From NCBI GenBank assembly GCA_030603365.1, contig JAUVXV010000004.1, positions 192,001-256,000 on the forward strand: a stretch of 64,000 nucleotides of DNA, read 5' to 3'. Below, piece after piece: positions 9,891 through 19,368 of this stretch. The DNA is from Candidatus Heimdallarchaeota archaeon. GTDB taxonomy: Archaea; Asgardarchaeota; Heimdallarchaeia; Heimdallarchaeales; Heimdallarchaeaceae. Below the pieces are notes generated by a model. The model saw nothing but the letters and a program-made list of their open reading frames with translations. It was not told where the DNA came from and searched no databases. The translations under genes and the position numbers were made by a program. Numbering within the stretch: position 1 is the first letter of the stretch; each line of letters opens with the position of its first letter.

Positions 9891-10586
9891 TTACTTCTTT
9901 TCTATATCATAATGCTCAATAAATGTTATCCTATCAAATTTATTTGAAATCTCCCCTAAATCTCTTGAAACTCCATTTCTAATAAATTGTATGTATTCCA
10001 TAAATCGAGTATCTTTGGGTAATTCAACCTCAACAACTTTGTTTCTTATATTAATTTTTGTTGATGAAAAATCTACTCCTGGTAATCTCTTTTCAAGTAA
10101 GCAGACAAATTGTTCTTTAATGTCTGTAACTTTTTTTACAATCTCAACATCATATATTAATTCCAATCCTGCTAGGTCGTGATTAAAATCAACTTTTACT
10201 CTACTACTTGATACTTTAAGGATTCTACCCGTTTGACCACCTATCTCTACTTTCATATCTTCCTTTGGTTTTATCTGGTGTCTCTGAAATTCTCTTCTTT
10301 GAATAAGTCTAATCTTCGAACGATCTCTAAGTCCAAATCCGTTTTTTGCATCAATCTCTATTGTTTTCTTGTCTCCCTCTTTCATACCCACAATTGCATC
10401 TTCCAAACCAACTGGCAACCAATTTTTACCAATAATTAATGTGAAAGGTCTGTAGATTATTTTTTCATCAAAAATATCTTCTTTCTTTGCAATGCTTTCT
10501 ATTGTAGTGTCAACTACTTTGTTATCTTCTTTAGTTCTACCAGTATAGTTTAAATTCACAATGTCGCCTTTATTGAGAGTGGTCAT
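9891..10586 (-). CDS. Long-type archaeal FKBP peptidyl-prolyl isomerase (SlyD-like)
   Basis: YTGR...VVDTT, GLEDAIVGMKEG, VDFNHDLAG. Confidence 0.9.
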   Translation of the reverse strand: MTTLNKGDIVNLNYTGRTKEDNKVVDTTIESIAKKEDIFDEKIIYRPFTLIIGKNWLPVGLEDAIVGMKEGDKKTIEIDAKNGFGLRDRSKIRLIQRREFQRHQIKPKEDMKVEIGGQTGRILKVSSSRVKVDFNHDLAGLELIYDVEIVKKVTDIKEQFVCLLEKRLPGVDFSSTKINIRNKVVEVELPKDTRFMEYIQFIRNGVSRDLGEISNKFDRITFIEHYDIEKK

Positions 10587-10667
10587 ATGTTCACCTAGTT
10601 CTACTCTTATTCAAGTTAAAAATATGATTTAAGGTATATTTAAAATTCTGCTTTTCTGCCATATAAT

Positions 10668-11330
10668 CTACAATCTATTCAATATTCTTTCAAAATCTGA
10701 CTTTTCTTTCTCTGAATCTATGCCTTTAACAAACTCTAGTAGAATTCTTTCTCTTTCTTCAGCCATCCTTTTAGTTATAGGAAAATGCATCCTTGCTGAT
10801 AATTTGAGAAGTTTGTTTTGAAAATGTTCTAAAGCTTCCTCAAGATTCAAACCTTTTTCAAAACTAAAACTTAAAGTTCTGTAAAGACCCATAGCTCCTA
10901 AAGCATCGAGTGCATCAGCATCTTGGAGTATTTTAGCTTCTAGAGTGGAAGGTTCAATGTTCTTACTATATCTATGTGATTTTATTGCATCGCAAACATC
11001 AGTTATTAATTCATCTAGTTTTTCTTGTTGTAAGAATAGTTTAGCTCTTTCTGCACCTACTTCAGCATGACATCTGCCTGTCTTGATCTCAGTAGGTCTT
11101 CCTATATCATGAAACATTGATGCTAACACAACTATGTCTACAAATGCATTTAACTCTAAAGAAATAGTAAAACATGTATCTACAACTCTTAAAATGTGCT
11201 CAAATGAATGGGATCGTTTTCTGTTAAACGAACATAATTCTTCTTCTACTATTTTATAAGCTTTAGAGAGAATATCTCTTAGTTCTGACGATGATGAAAT
11301 ATGCTTCATTTTATATTCTTTGTTTACCAT
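10668..11330 (-). CDS. HD-domain phosphohydrolase
   Basis: HSFEHILRV, FHDIG, HAEVGA, SHRYS, QDADALDALGA. Confidence 0.9.
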   Translation of the reverse strand: MVNKEYKMKHISSSSELRDILSKAYKIVEEELCSFNRKRSHSFEHILRVVDTCFTISLELNAFVDIVVLASMFHDIGRPTEIKTGRCHAEVGAERAKLFLQQEKLDELITDVCDAIKSHRYSKNIEPSTLEAKILQDADALDALGAMGLYRTLSFSFEKGLNLEEALEHFQNKLLKLSARMHFPITKRMAEERERILLEFVKGIDSEKEKSDFERILNRL

Positions 11331-11336
11331 TTCTTC

Positions 11337-11984
11337 TTACAACTCATATAAATTGAATATTTTTCCCTCAACATTAAAATCCTTATGAACCTCAATTATT
11401 GCAAAGTTACCTATAGTTACAGGTCCCGGATTTATAATTGTACAATTGTTTAATTTTGATATAGCGGGTGATTCATGAATGTGACCTGAAATTGATAAAA
11501 ATATGTGTTCGTTCTTTTCTATGAACGCACGAAGATGTTTAGATCCTGTATGTCTGTTAAGAGAAACAATATCTGTTGTAGTATTGAAAGGAGGTGCGTG
11601 AGTAAGAAGACATACTTTCTTGCCAACCTTATTCAATTTTTTTAACAATTTTTGATCCAATTGAGGTCTATGTGTTCCAAACCCTACAATTGAAAAGAAA
11701 CCTATATTGTGTGGTTGTTTTTCCACGTTTATTGCTAAAGATTCAACGTTCTTGGATTTAACAAACGGATCACAATTCCCTATAACGTAAAATGTATTCG
11801 GAATTCTACTTACTATTATGTTCAAAATGTTTCTCATGTCATCTGAGGTTCCGAAATTTGTTATATCTCCAGCTACTAAACAGAAATCTGGGGAGACACC
11901 CATTGTGTCTAAAGAATTTAAAATACTCTTCAATGTTATATCTTGATTGTGGATATCAGACAGTATTAATAATTTTATAGACAA
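11337..11984 (-). CDS. Calcineurin-like metallophosphoesterase
   Basis: SDIH, AGDIT, GNCD, THAPP, GHIHE, INPG. Confidence 0.9.
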   Translation of the reverse strand: MSIKLLILSDIHNQDITLKSILNSLDTMGVSPDFCLVAGDITNFGTSDDMRNILNIIVSRIPNTFYVIGNCDPFVKSKNVESLAINVEKQPHNIGFFSIVGFGTHRPQLDQKLLKKLNKVGKKVCLLTHAPPFNTTTDIVSLNRHTGSKHLRAFIEKNEHIFLSISGHIHESPAISKLNNCTIINPGPVTIGNFAIIEVHKDFNVEGKIFNLYEL

Positions 11985-11994
11985 TCTTTGTCAC

Positions 11995-12630
11995 CTAATA
12001 ATAGTACCATAATTGTAAGAAAGTGAAAATTCCAGAGTATTCAAAACTACTACTAGACGTATCAAATTCCCATAATTCAAAGACTATTTTCATATAATTA
12101 TCCCCGTCCAGAATAGCTTCTAATTGTGCATTGGAAGATAAAACAACACTTATTGGACCCCAAATATAGTCTCCTGAAAAGACTCCACTTTCTCTTTTTT
12201 CTATTTCTGTTGCAGGAGAAAGAATTTTTTCATAGGTTTCATTCTCGTTTAGTAGATAGGAATTGAATTCATCCAACGGATATTCAGCTGTTGCATTTTG
12301 AGAAATTTTTGTGGCTTTTATTTGAATTTGATAATACTTAATTTCATTTTCAAAATTCTTAACCATGAAGAAAAGAGATATATTTTCCCCAGATTCAAGT
12401 ACATAGGGATATCCGTCTGCCTCAAATGTTTGTGATGTTTCATTATACATTAAGAGTGATAATTCACTAAAACCATTACTAGAAAAAGGGAAAAAAATAC
12501 TCGAGGCTATTGATATTATAGTGATAATAAGAATAGAAAAGATTGTTATTGTGAAGAACCTCTTCTTTTTTACAGGTGATAGTTTCTTCTTGCTAAGTGA
12601 GGTAACAATGGTTTTTATTCTTTTATTCAT
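11995..12630 (-). CDS. Membrane-anchored protein resembling the C-terminal part of DUF1616
   Basis: TM then FSELSLL...ADGYP...VKNFE...KIVFELW...FLQLW; likely start MNKRIK at 12630. Confidence 0.55.
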   Translation of the reverse strand: MNKRIKTIVTSLSKKKLSPVKKKRFFTITIFSILIITIISIASSIFFPFSSNGFSELSLLMYNETSQTFEADGYPYVLESGENISLFFMVKNFENEIKYYQIQIKATKISQNATAEYPLDEFNSYLLNENETYEKILSPATEIEKRESGVFSGDYIWGPISVVLSSNAQLEAILDGDNYMKIVFELWEFDTSSSSFEYSGIFTFLQLWYYY

Positions 12631-13147
12631 TTTTAGCAACCTCTTCTTCTTTCTTATATTGTATTTCCAACTTACTATACTCTTCAATACGTTTTTCTAA
12701 ATACCACGGATAAATTTTTTTAATGAATATAATGATAAACAAGATTGCTAGAATGGCAGAAAATACACCGAGAAGTGAAAACAAAAGTATGTTATTCTGT
12801 TCTTTTTTATTTTCCCTTAATTCTAGTTCATTGATTACTGCAACAAGTTGTTCATTTGCATCATTCGCTTTCCCATAAGCTGCGGTATAGTTCGCTTCTT
12901 CGAATTCTTTCTTTGCATCTACAATTAGTTGTCGCGCAATGTCTGTGTTAATTACTAAATCTCGAATATTTATGTTGGTTTTTGAAGCTTCCTCCAACAA
13001 AACTATAGTTTCGAATAATCTTTCATCAGCCTGTTGAATAGCAAGAAGAGCGTTTTGCTGGGTTTGTGAAGAAACAGACAATATCGTGGGTATTAGGAGA
13101 GAAAAACAAAAAACTGCAATTATGTTAAACTTAACCTTTTTTCTCAT
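12623..13147 (-). CDS. Exported helical protein with C-terminal TM anchor
   Basis: Signal peptide, amphipathic helices, TM followed by charged tail. Confidence 0.6.
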   Translation of the reverse strand: MRKKVKFNIIAVFCFSLLIPTILSVSSQTQQNALLAIQQADERLFETIVLLEEASKTNINIRDLVINTDIARQLIVDAKKEFEEANYTAAYGKANDANEQLVAVINELELRENKKEQNNILLFSLLGVFSAILAILFIIIFIKKIYPWYLEKRIEEYSKLEIQYKKEEEVAKNE

Positions 13148-13817
13148 CTAATTCACCCTTCTTGAATATTTTACATCGTATTCTTAGATTTTCTAAAGAT
13201 ACCTTCTCTGAACCGATAATAATTCGTACTAATGCAGATAAGATTAATGCAATAATTGTAAGGGAACCAAGAGTAATCACAAATGCTAGATTTTCTATTG
13301 CCCAAATTTTATCTAAAATTAACCCTCCAAAAATCATAGCTCCAATATTGATCCCAATTGCTAATAATGTTCTTTCAATTTGATCGATAGTTTCATAGAG
13401 TTTGGGAAATATGACGTTACTAATAGCCCAACCAGGTATCACAATTCCATAAATAATCCCCATAATAACTCTTAGAAAATACAGAGGAGAATCTGTAGAA
13501 ATTAGAAGAACAACTAAAAAGAAAATGATTGATAGACCAAACAAAATCCAAAATTCTAAGGAATAATAATGAACCTCTAGGAAATACTGTTTGATTGTTT
13601 TAGGTAATTTTCTCTCAATTTTTGCAGATCCTAAATGTATCTCTCCTTTATTTTCCATTTCTCTAATTATATTATATACAAATAATTTGTCTTTTTTTGA
13701 AAGCTCTATTACCCTTTCGGATAATTTTCTTACTGTTTTAGGTTTTTCTTCAGTCAAAATTTTTTGAATTATCTGTTTGACTTTAGAGCTTTCATTTGCA
13801 CACATGCTTTTGGACAT
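13131..13817 (-). CDS. Membrane protein resembling the N-terminal part of DUF1616, with wHTH-like N-terminus
   Basis: LRVIMG...IPGWAISNVIFP...IDQIER motif, 4 TM segments. Confidence 0.6.
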   Translation of the reverse strand: MSKSMCANESSKVKQIIQKILTEEKPKTVRKLSERVIELSKKDKLFVYNIIREMENKGEIHLGSAKIERKLPKTIKQYFLEVHYYSLEFWILFGLSIIFFLVVLLISTDSPLYFLRVIMGIIYGIVIPGWAISNVIFPKLYETIDQIERTLLAIGINIGAMIFGGLILDKIWAIENLAFVITLGSLTIIALILSALVRIIIGSEKVSLENLRIRCKIFKKGELDEKKG

Positions 13818-13867
13818 AATAGTTTATAGATAAAAAATGTTTGTGAATAGAAAAATAATTAGATATT

Positions 13868-15037
13868 CTATTCCATGTTAAACGCTTTTCTCAATTCATT
13901 GATTCTATCAGTCTTTTCCCAAGAAAATTCAGGCAAATTTCTTCCAAAATGACCATAGCAAGATGTTTTTTTGTATATAGGTCTTCTCAGTTCAAGCTGA
14001 TCAATTATTACTCCTGGTCTAAAATCAAATATTTCCAGAACAGTTTGTTGAAGTTTATCCCTATCTACTTTTTCGGTCCCAAAGCACTCAACATTAACTG
14101 CTAGAGGATTTGGCTCTCCGATTGCATATGAAACTTGGATTTCACATTTATTTGCTAAACCTGCAGCTACTACATTTTTTGCAACATATCTAGCAGCATA
14201 AGACGCAGAACGATCAACTTTGGAAGGATCCTTTCCAGAAAAAGCTCCTCCTCCATGAGAATCCACCCCACCATATGTGTCCACTATAATCTTCCTGCCA
14301 GTTAAACCAGCATCTCCATGCGGACCTCCTATCACAAATCTTCCTGTTCTGTTGATTAGAATTTTTGTATTTTCATCAATTAGATTCTTATCAATAATGG
14401 GTTCAATAACTTCTTTTTTTATTCCCTCTTCTATTTCCTTCCTTGAAGCTTCTGGTTTGTGTTGTGCTGCAATTACAACTGCAGCAATTCTGAAAGGAAC
14501 ATCATTTTTGTATTCGACTGCTACCAAAGATTTACCATCTGGTCTTAGAAATGGTAATATTCCCTTTTTACGAACATCAGCCAGTTTTTGTGTAAGCTTA
14601 TGAGCTAAAACAATTGGGAGGGGCATAAATTCTGGTGTTTCATCTGAAGCATATCCATACATTATGCCTTGGTCTCCAGCCCCTTGTTCCTGTATTTCTT
14701 CTTTTCTTACTCCTTGAGCAATGTCAGGGGATTGAGAGTGTATTGTATTTATAATTGCACACCCTCTATAATCAAATCCTATCCTAGAATCATCATAACC
14801 AATTTCCTTGATTGTTGAGCGAACAATTTTTTCATAATCTATAATAACTGGTTTGGTGGTTGTTATCTCTCCACCTATTAGTACAAGTCCTGTAGTTACA
14901 AAACATTCGCAAGCAACATGGGCTTTAGAATCTTTTTCTAAAATCGCATCTAAAATTGCATCTGAAATTTGATCACATATCTTATCCGGATGTCCCTCCG
15001 TTACTGATTCTGATGCAACTGTTCTAAATCTGTTCAA
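13868..15037 (-). CDS. metK: S-adenosylmethionine synthetase, bacterial/eukaryotic type
   Basis: [48 protein letters not shown]. Confidence 0.97.
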   Translation of the reverse strand: MNRFRTVASESVTEGHPDKICDQISDAILDAILEKDSKAHVACECFVTTGLVLIGGEITTTKPVIIDYEKIVRSTIKEIGYDDSRIGFDYRGCAIINTIHSQSPDIAQGVRKEEIQEQGAGDQGIMYGYASDETPEFMPLPIVLAHKLTQKLADVRKKGILPFLRPDGKSLVAVEYKNDVPFRIAAVVIAAQHKPEASRKEIEEGIKKEVIEPIIDKNLIDENTKILINRTGRFVIGGPHGDAGLTGRKIIVDTYGGVDSHGGGAFSGKDPSKVDRSASYAARYVAKNVVAAGLANKCEIQVSYAIGEPNPLAVNVECFGTEKVDRDKLQQTVLEIFDFRPGVIIDQLELRRPIYKKTSCYGHFGRNLPEFSWEKTDRINELRKAFNME

Positions 15038-15144
15038 CTACTATCTCTCCAAAAATTAACTTTAAACATTAGAAATATAGTTGATTATAAAATAATTGTG
15101 ATAACAAAGTGTGATATAAAAAAAGACAACAAATTGATCTCACA

Positions 15145-15807
15145 CTAACCATTATTGGAAACTCCTGAACTGATTTGTATTTCATTTAGCTTTGAAATTA
15201 GCTCTTCTTTAGTATGTTGATCATTAGGGTCATTACTTTTAGAAGCAAAAATCATTTTGGTTGACATCTTCTCTATTTCGTGCAATAGCATTGGACTCTT
15301 ACCTTGTTCAAGAAAAACATCTCTTATTTCAAGTAATTGATTTGAAATCTTAAGATACTCATGTGACAAATCAGCACTTTCTTCTATTATGCTTCTAATA
15401 AAAGAAAAAGCTTCACTAACAGTAGATACATTAGGGCGTAGAGTTGAATGAAGATGTTCTGATATTTGTGAGACCAGATGATTTTCTAAATCTTCTTTTC
15501 TTGTTTCTGCTTCTTTGTATTTCTTTCCAAATACAACGTTGGTAAGGTGCTTGAGTGTTTTTTCAACTACTTCTTGTGACTGTAATTCAGGTATAAGGTG
15601 AATAAGTTGGGTTTTCACCAAAACTCTTCTTTCGTTCTTCAGCAGATAATTATATTCGTCTTTTGTTAATATCTCATCTGATACTAATTTTTTAACCTCT
15701 TCTCTGAAAGTTTGTCTATTCCCCCTGCCTTTCCAATAATATAATGCAATGTTATCTTTAAGCTTCTGTGAGATTTCATCCAACATTGATGTTCTAGACG
15801 CATCCAT
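15145..15807 (-). CDS. Hypothetical alpha-helical protein
   Basis: 220-aa ORF, no recognised motif. Confidence 0.6.
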   Translation of the reverse strand: MDASRTSMLDEISQKLKDNIALYYWKGRGNRQTFREEVKKLVSDEILTKDEYNYLLKNERRVLVKTQLIHLIPELQSQEVVEKTLKHLTNVVFGKKYKEAETRKEDLENHLVSQISEHLHSTLRPNVSTVSEAFSFIRSIIEESADLSHEYLKISNQLLEIRDVFLEQGKSPMLLHEIEKMSTKMIFASKSNDPNDQHTKEELISKLNEIQISSGVSNNG

Positions 15808-15943
15808 GATTAATATACATGGTTTCAGAGTTAATAAGAATTTCTTAAGCTGAAATCACTATGTTAAGTTTTTTCTCATCATCTAGTTTAAACATGTGCT
15901 AATCACAAGAAATATCAGTATCATAATTAATCTTCCATCTGAA

Positions 15944-16675
15944 ATGACAGATACGACAGGAGTTCTATTTTGTGGTGGAGAAGGCACAAGAATGCGACCT
16001 TTAACTTATTACATGCAAAAGGTAATGTTGCCTATTGGAACAGACCAACAACCTTTACTCGAATATGTTCTGAAGCACTTTAAAAGGCATAAAATAAATG
16101 ATGTAGTCTTATTAGTGAATTACAAAAAAGAACAAATTGAAGGTTATTTTGGGGAAGGTGACACGCTTGGTATGAACCTGACTTATGTCCCAGATAAACC
16201 TGGTCCTGTAGGTACAGGGACCGCTTTATTAAATGCTAGGGAATACTTAGAAAATAAGAGATTGTTAATTTATTATTCAGATATTATTACAAATGTTGAC
16301 TTTACTGATATGTTATCTTACCATCTCAAATTAGAAAAATGGGCTACAATATTGGTATCAAAAGGGTGGAAAATAAGGGTTGGAACAGCTAATATTGATC
16401 AAGATAATAAAGTGACAAAGTTTGTAGAAAAACCTGAGATTCCTCTTTTTGTAAACACTGGCATTAGTATTTTGGAACCAATCATCTTTGAATATCTTGA
16501 TGAATATGATGCAAATACTAGTGTAGATTTATCCAAAGATATATTTCCACAGTTTGTTAAACATGAACAGATGTATGCTTATACACCTAAGGATGTTTAT
16601 TGGGAAGATATAGGGTCCTTAGAACGTTATGAAAAATTGGATCATAGTTTTATTACATCAATTATGAAACAATAA
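15944..16675 (+). CDS. Sugar-phosphate nucleotidyltransferase family protein
   Basis: CGGEGTRMRPLT...KVMLPI, GTGTAL, FVEKP, WEDIGS; likely start MTDTT. Confidence 0.9.
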   Translation: MTDTTGVLFCGGEGTRMRPLTYYMQKVMLPIGTDQQPLLEYVLKHFKRHKINDVVLLVNYKKEQIEGYFGEGDTLGMNLTYVPDKPGPVGTGTALLNAREYLENKRLLIYYSDIITNVDFTDMLSYHLKLEKWATILVSKGWKIRVGTANIDQDNKVTKFVEKPEIPLFVNTGISILEPIIFEYLDEYDANTSVDLSKDIFPQFVKHEQMYAYTPKDVYWEDIGSLERYEKLDHSFITSIMKQ

Positions 16676-16740
16676 CGTAGAAAAAATGGAAAGGATTTTT
16701 GACAGTAAAGTTATTAATCATGCTCTTCCAGAAAATAATA

Positions 16741-17148
16741 ATGAAACATAGATTGATGGATCTACTTGCTTGTCCTATTGATAAATCCTGGCCTTTAAAG
16801 TTAGAAATCTCTGAAGAAGTGAAGGAAATTGATACAATATCTCTACCTTTAGAAAATCCAAATACAGGAGTAGTGTGCGGATTCTACTGTAATTTTAAAC
16901 AATATTCGTTAGTTATAGTAAATGATGCAGACGAAGAAGAAAATAAATCCATAAAAGAAATAAAAGAAAATGTTAAACTAGAAGATTGCCAAAAATGTTT
17001 TCAGATCGACATCCAAAGTGGAAAGCTTCATTGTAATATGGATAAAAGCCACGAGTATGAGATTAAAGAAGGAATTCCAGTTATGTTATCAAAGGAAAAA
17101 ATTGAAGAAATCTATGGAAAAAGAAAGAGTAAAAGCAAGAAAAAATAA
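16741..17148 (+). CDS. trm112: Trm112-family methyltransferase activator with Cys-rich insertion
   Basis: MKHRLMDLLACPIDKSWPL...GKLHC...YEIKEGIPVML. Confidence 0.85.
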   Translation: MKHRLMDLLACPIDKSWPLKLEISEEVKEIDTISLPLENPNTGVVCGFYCNFKQYSLVIVNDADEEENKSIKEIKENVKLEDCQKCFQIDIQSGKLHCNMDKSHEYEIKEGIPVMLSKEKIEEIYGKRKSKSKKK

Positions 17149-17154
17149 TCATTA

Positions 17155-17487
17155 TTAATCTTCTTTCGGAGCTTCTTTTTCATGTTCTTGGTTTTCGATT
17201 TCTGATATCTTGTTTTCTTTCTTGGGAGTTTCTTCTTTTCCTTGTCTATTAGTGTGCCAAATGAAATATCCAAACTCAATTAGTAATCCAACACCTAGAA
17301 GGATATTGACAACTACAAGCTTTGATTGAGCGCCTTCAAAACTTGGCAGATACTTCTGGATAGATAGAAGTAAAATATAGGCAGCAAGTGTCATAAAAAT
17401 CATCACAAGTTGAATCCCTGCAGCTCTGTCAATCTTATTCACGAATTCTTTCAACTTAATAACAACTTTATTTTCCATATCTCTCAC
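17155..17487 (-). CDS. Small two-TM membrane protein
   Basis: Two hydrophobic segments and charged tail; immediately follows mutL. Confidence 0.6.
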   Translation of the reverse strand: MRDMENKVVIKLKEFVNKIDRAAGIQLVMIFMTLAAYILLLSIQKYLPSFEGAQSKLVVVNILLGVGLLIEFGYFIWHTNRQGKEETPKKENKISEIENQEHEKEAPKED

Positions 17488-17489
17488 GT

Positions 17490-19310
17490 TTATCTATAAT
17501 CTCTTTTGAAAAGTTCTTCTATGTAATCTTCAATCAGAATTATGACAGTGGGTCTACCATGGGGACAAGTAAAAGGTTCTTCGAGTGAAAAAAGGTTCTT
17601 AAGTAGTGTCTCAGCTTGATCTATTGAAATCTTATCTCCTGCTTTAATCGACCTCCTACATGCAAAAATGGATACTAAATCCTTAATGAAATTTAAATCT
17701 TCAATTTGAAGATTCTGTTTTATTTCTGAAATATTCTCCTTGATAATGTCAATGATGTCTTTTGCAACAGTATAATCAACGGTAACACCCATAATCAATG
17801 GAATTGATCGTAATATGATTTCATTCTTACCGAATACATCAATATCAAAACCAAACAACCCAAGGTTCTCTCGAATTTCATCAAAAACCTCAAACTCAGA
17901 TGGTTTAAGTGTAATGTTGACAGGAGCGAGTAATTGCTGTATGCTTACTTTCTTTTTCTTAAGCTGTTCAATGTATTTTTCATAATTGACCTTCTCATGA
18001 GCAGCATGTTGATCACATAAGAATAACCCTTCTTCAATCTCAGCTACAATGTAAGTATTCTTTATGACCCCAAGAACTCTAATGTCTTTTTTATGTTGAA
18101 TTATTTCTTCTATCTTAGATTCTGTTTCTCTAGAAGGAGGTAGAAAGGAATCAATACTCTGTTCTTTACCTCTAGTAATCCGATATTCTGGTTGTTTTAT
18201 TCTTCTAGTTGCGGTTGAGATTGTTTTTTTATCTGCTTCAACTTTAGATTTTACTCTGTCTATGTCTACAAGAGTAGTAGGTTTGAATCTAGTTTCTAAT
18301 GTTCTTTCAAATATCTCCAGACCAATATTTTCTAAAGACTCTATAATTGCAGATTCAATTAAGCTATATACTTTTGAATCTTTACTGAATCTTACTTCCT
18401 TTTTGGTTGGATGAACATTAACATCTACTTCTTCAGTAGGTAGAGAAAGGTATAGAAAAATAACTGGAAATCTTCCATGTGGAACTGAAGTACCATATCC
18501 TCTTAATGTTGCATCTACAATAGTTTTATTGGAGATAGGTCTCATATTAACGAAAGTATAAAGATAATCTCTTGATTTTCTAGAAAATTCCGGTTTTGTG
18601 ATATATCCTTTGATTTGATAACCTTCTTCTTTTTTATCTATTGGGATACATCCTTTAGCAATCTGTTTGCCAAAAATCGCTGTAATTTGAGTAATTAGGT
18701 CACCTTTAGGTGCAGTAAGGATATCTTTTCTATTGTGAGTTAGAGAAAATGCTATTGCTGGTTGTGCAAGAGCTAAACGAGTGATAAATTCAGTTATGTG
18801 ATTGATTTCGGTTGAAATTGTTTTGAGGAATTTTCTTCTAACTTGAACATTAAAGAACAGATTCTTTACAATAATTCTTGTCCCTACAGCTGTAGATATT
18901 TGTTTATCTGTGATTACTTTTCCTCCCTCAATAACAAGGTGTGTGCCTAGTTCATCTTCTTTAGTTCTAGTAAATATCTCTACTTGAGCTACACTTACAA
19001 TACTGGCTAAAGCTTCCCCTCTAAACCCTAAGCTATTGATAGAAAAAAGATCATCTGCACTCTTTATTTTGCTTGTTGTATGACGATTTATAGATAACAA
19101 AGCATCATCATGTGACATTCCAATACCATTGTCTATGATTTCGATAAGTTTCTTTCCTCCCTCTTGAACATTAATTGTTATCTTGTTACTTTGAGCATCA
19201 ATTGAGTTTTCTACAATTTCTTTAACTACCGAGGCAGGTCGTTCTATTACTTCTCCTGCTGCAATCTTATTGATTGTAAGAGTATCAAGCTCAACTATCT
19301 TCATATTCAT
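17490..19310 (-). CDS. mutL: DNA mismatch repair endonuclease MutL
   Basis: IAAGEVIERPASVVKE, GFRGEAL, DVNVHPTK, DQHAAHE, ACR, CPHGRP. Confidence 0.97.
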   Translation of the reverse strand: MNMKIVELDTLTINKIAAGEVIERPASVVKEIVENSIDAQSNKITINVQEGGKKLIEIIDNGIGMSHDDALLSINRHTTSKIKSADDLFSINSLGFRGEALASIVSVAQVEIFTRTKEDELGTHLVIEGGKVITDKQISTAVGTRIIVKNLFFNVQVRRKFLKTISTEINHITEFITRLALAQPAIAFSLTHNRKDILTAPKGDLITQITAIFGKQIAKGCIPIDKKEEGYQIKGYITKPEFSRKSRDYLYTFVNMRPISNKTIVDATLRGYGTSVPHGRFPVIFLYLSLPTEEVDVNVHPTKKEVRFSKDSKVYSLIESAIIESLENIGLEIFERTLETRFKPTTLVDIDRVKSKVEADKKTISTATRRIKQPEYRITRGKEQSIDSFLPPSRETESKIEEIIQHKKDIRVLGVIKNTYIVAEIEEGLFLCDQHAAHEKVNYEKYIEQLKKKKVSIQQLLAPVNITLKPSEFEVFDEIRENLGLFGFDIDVFGKNEIILRSIPLIMGVTVDYTVAKDIIDIIKENISEIKQNLQIEDLNFIKDLVSIFACRRSIKAGDKISIDQAETLLKNLFSLEEPFTCPHGRPTVIILIEDYIEELFKRDYR

Positions 19311-19368
19311 AGAACCTCAGATAATTATTGTTTGTGTTAGGTTGAACACTTATTCCTAGTTCTTATTT

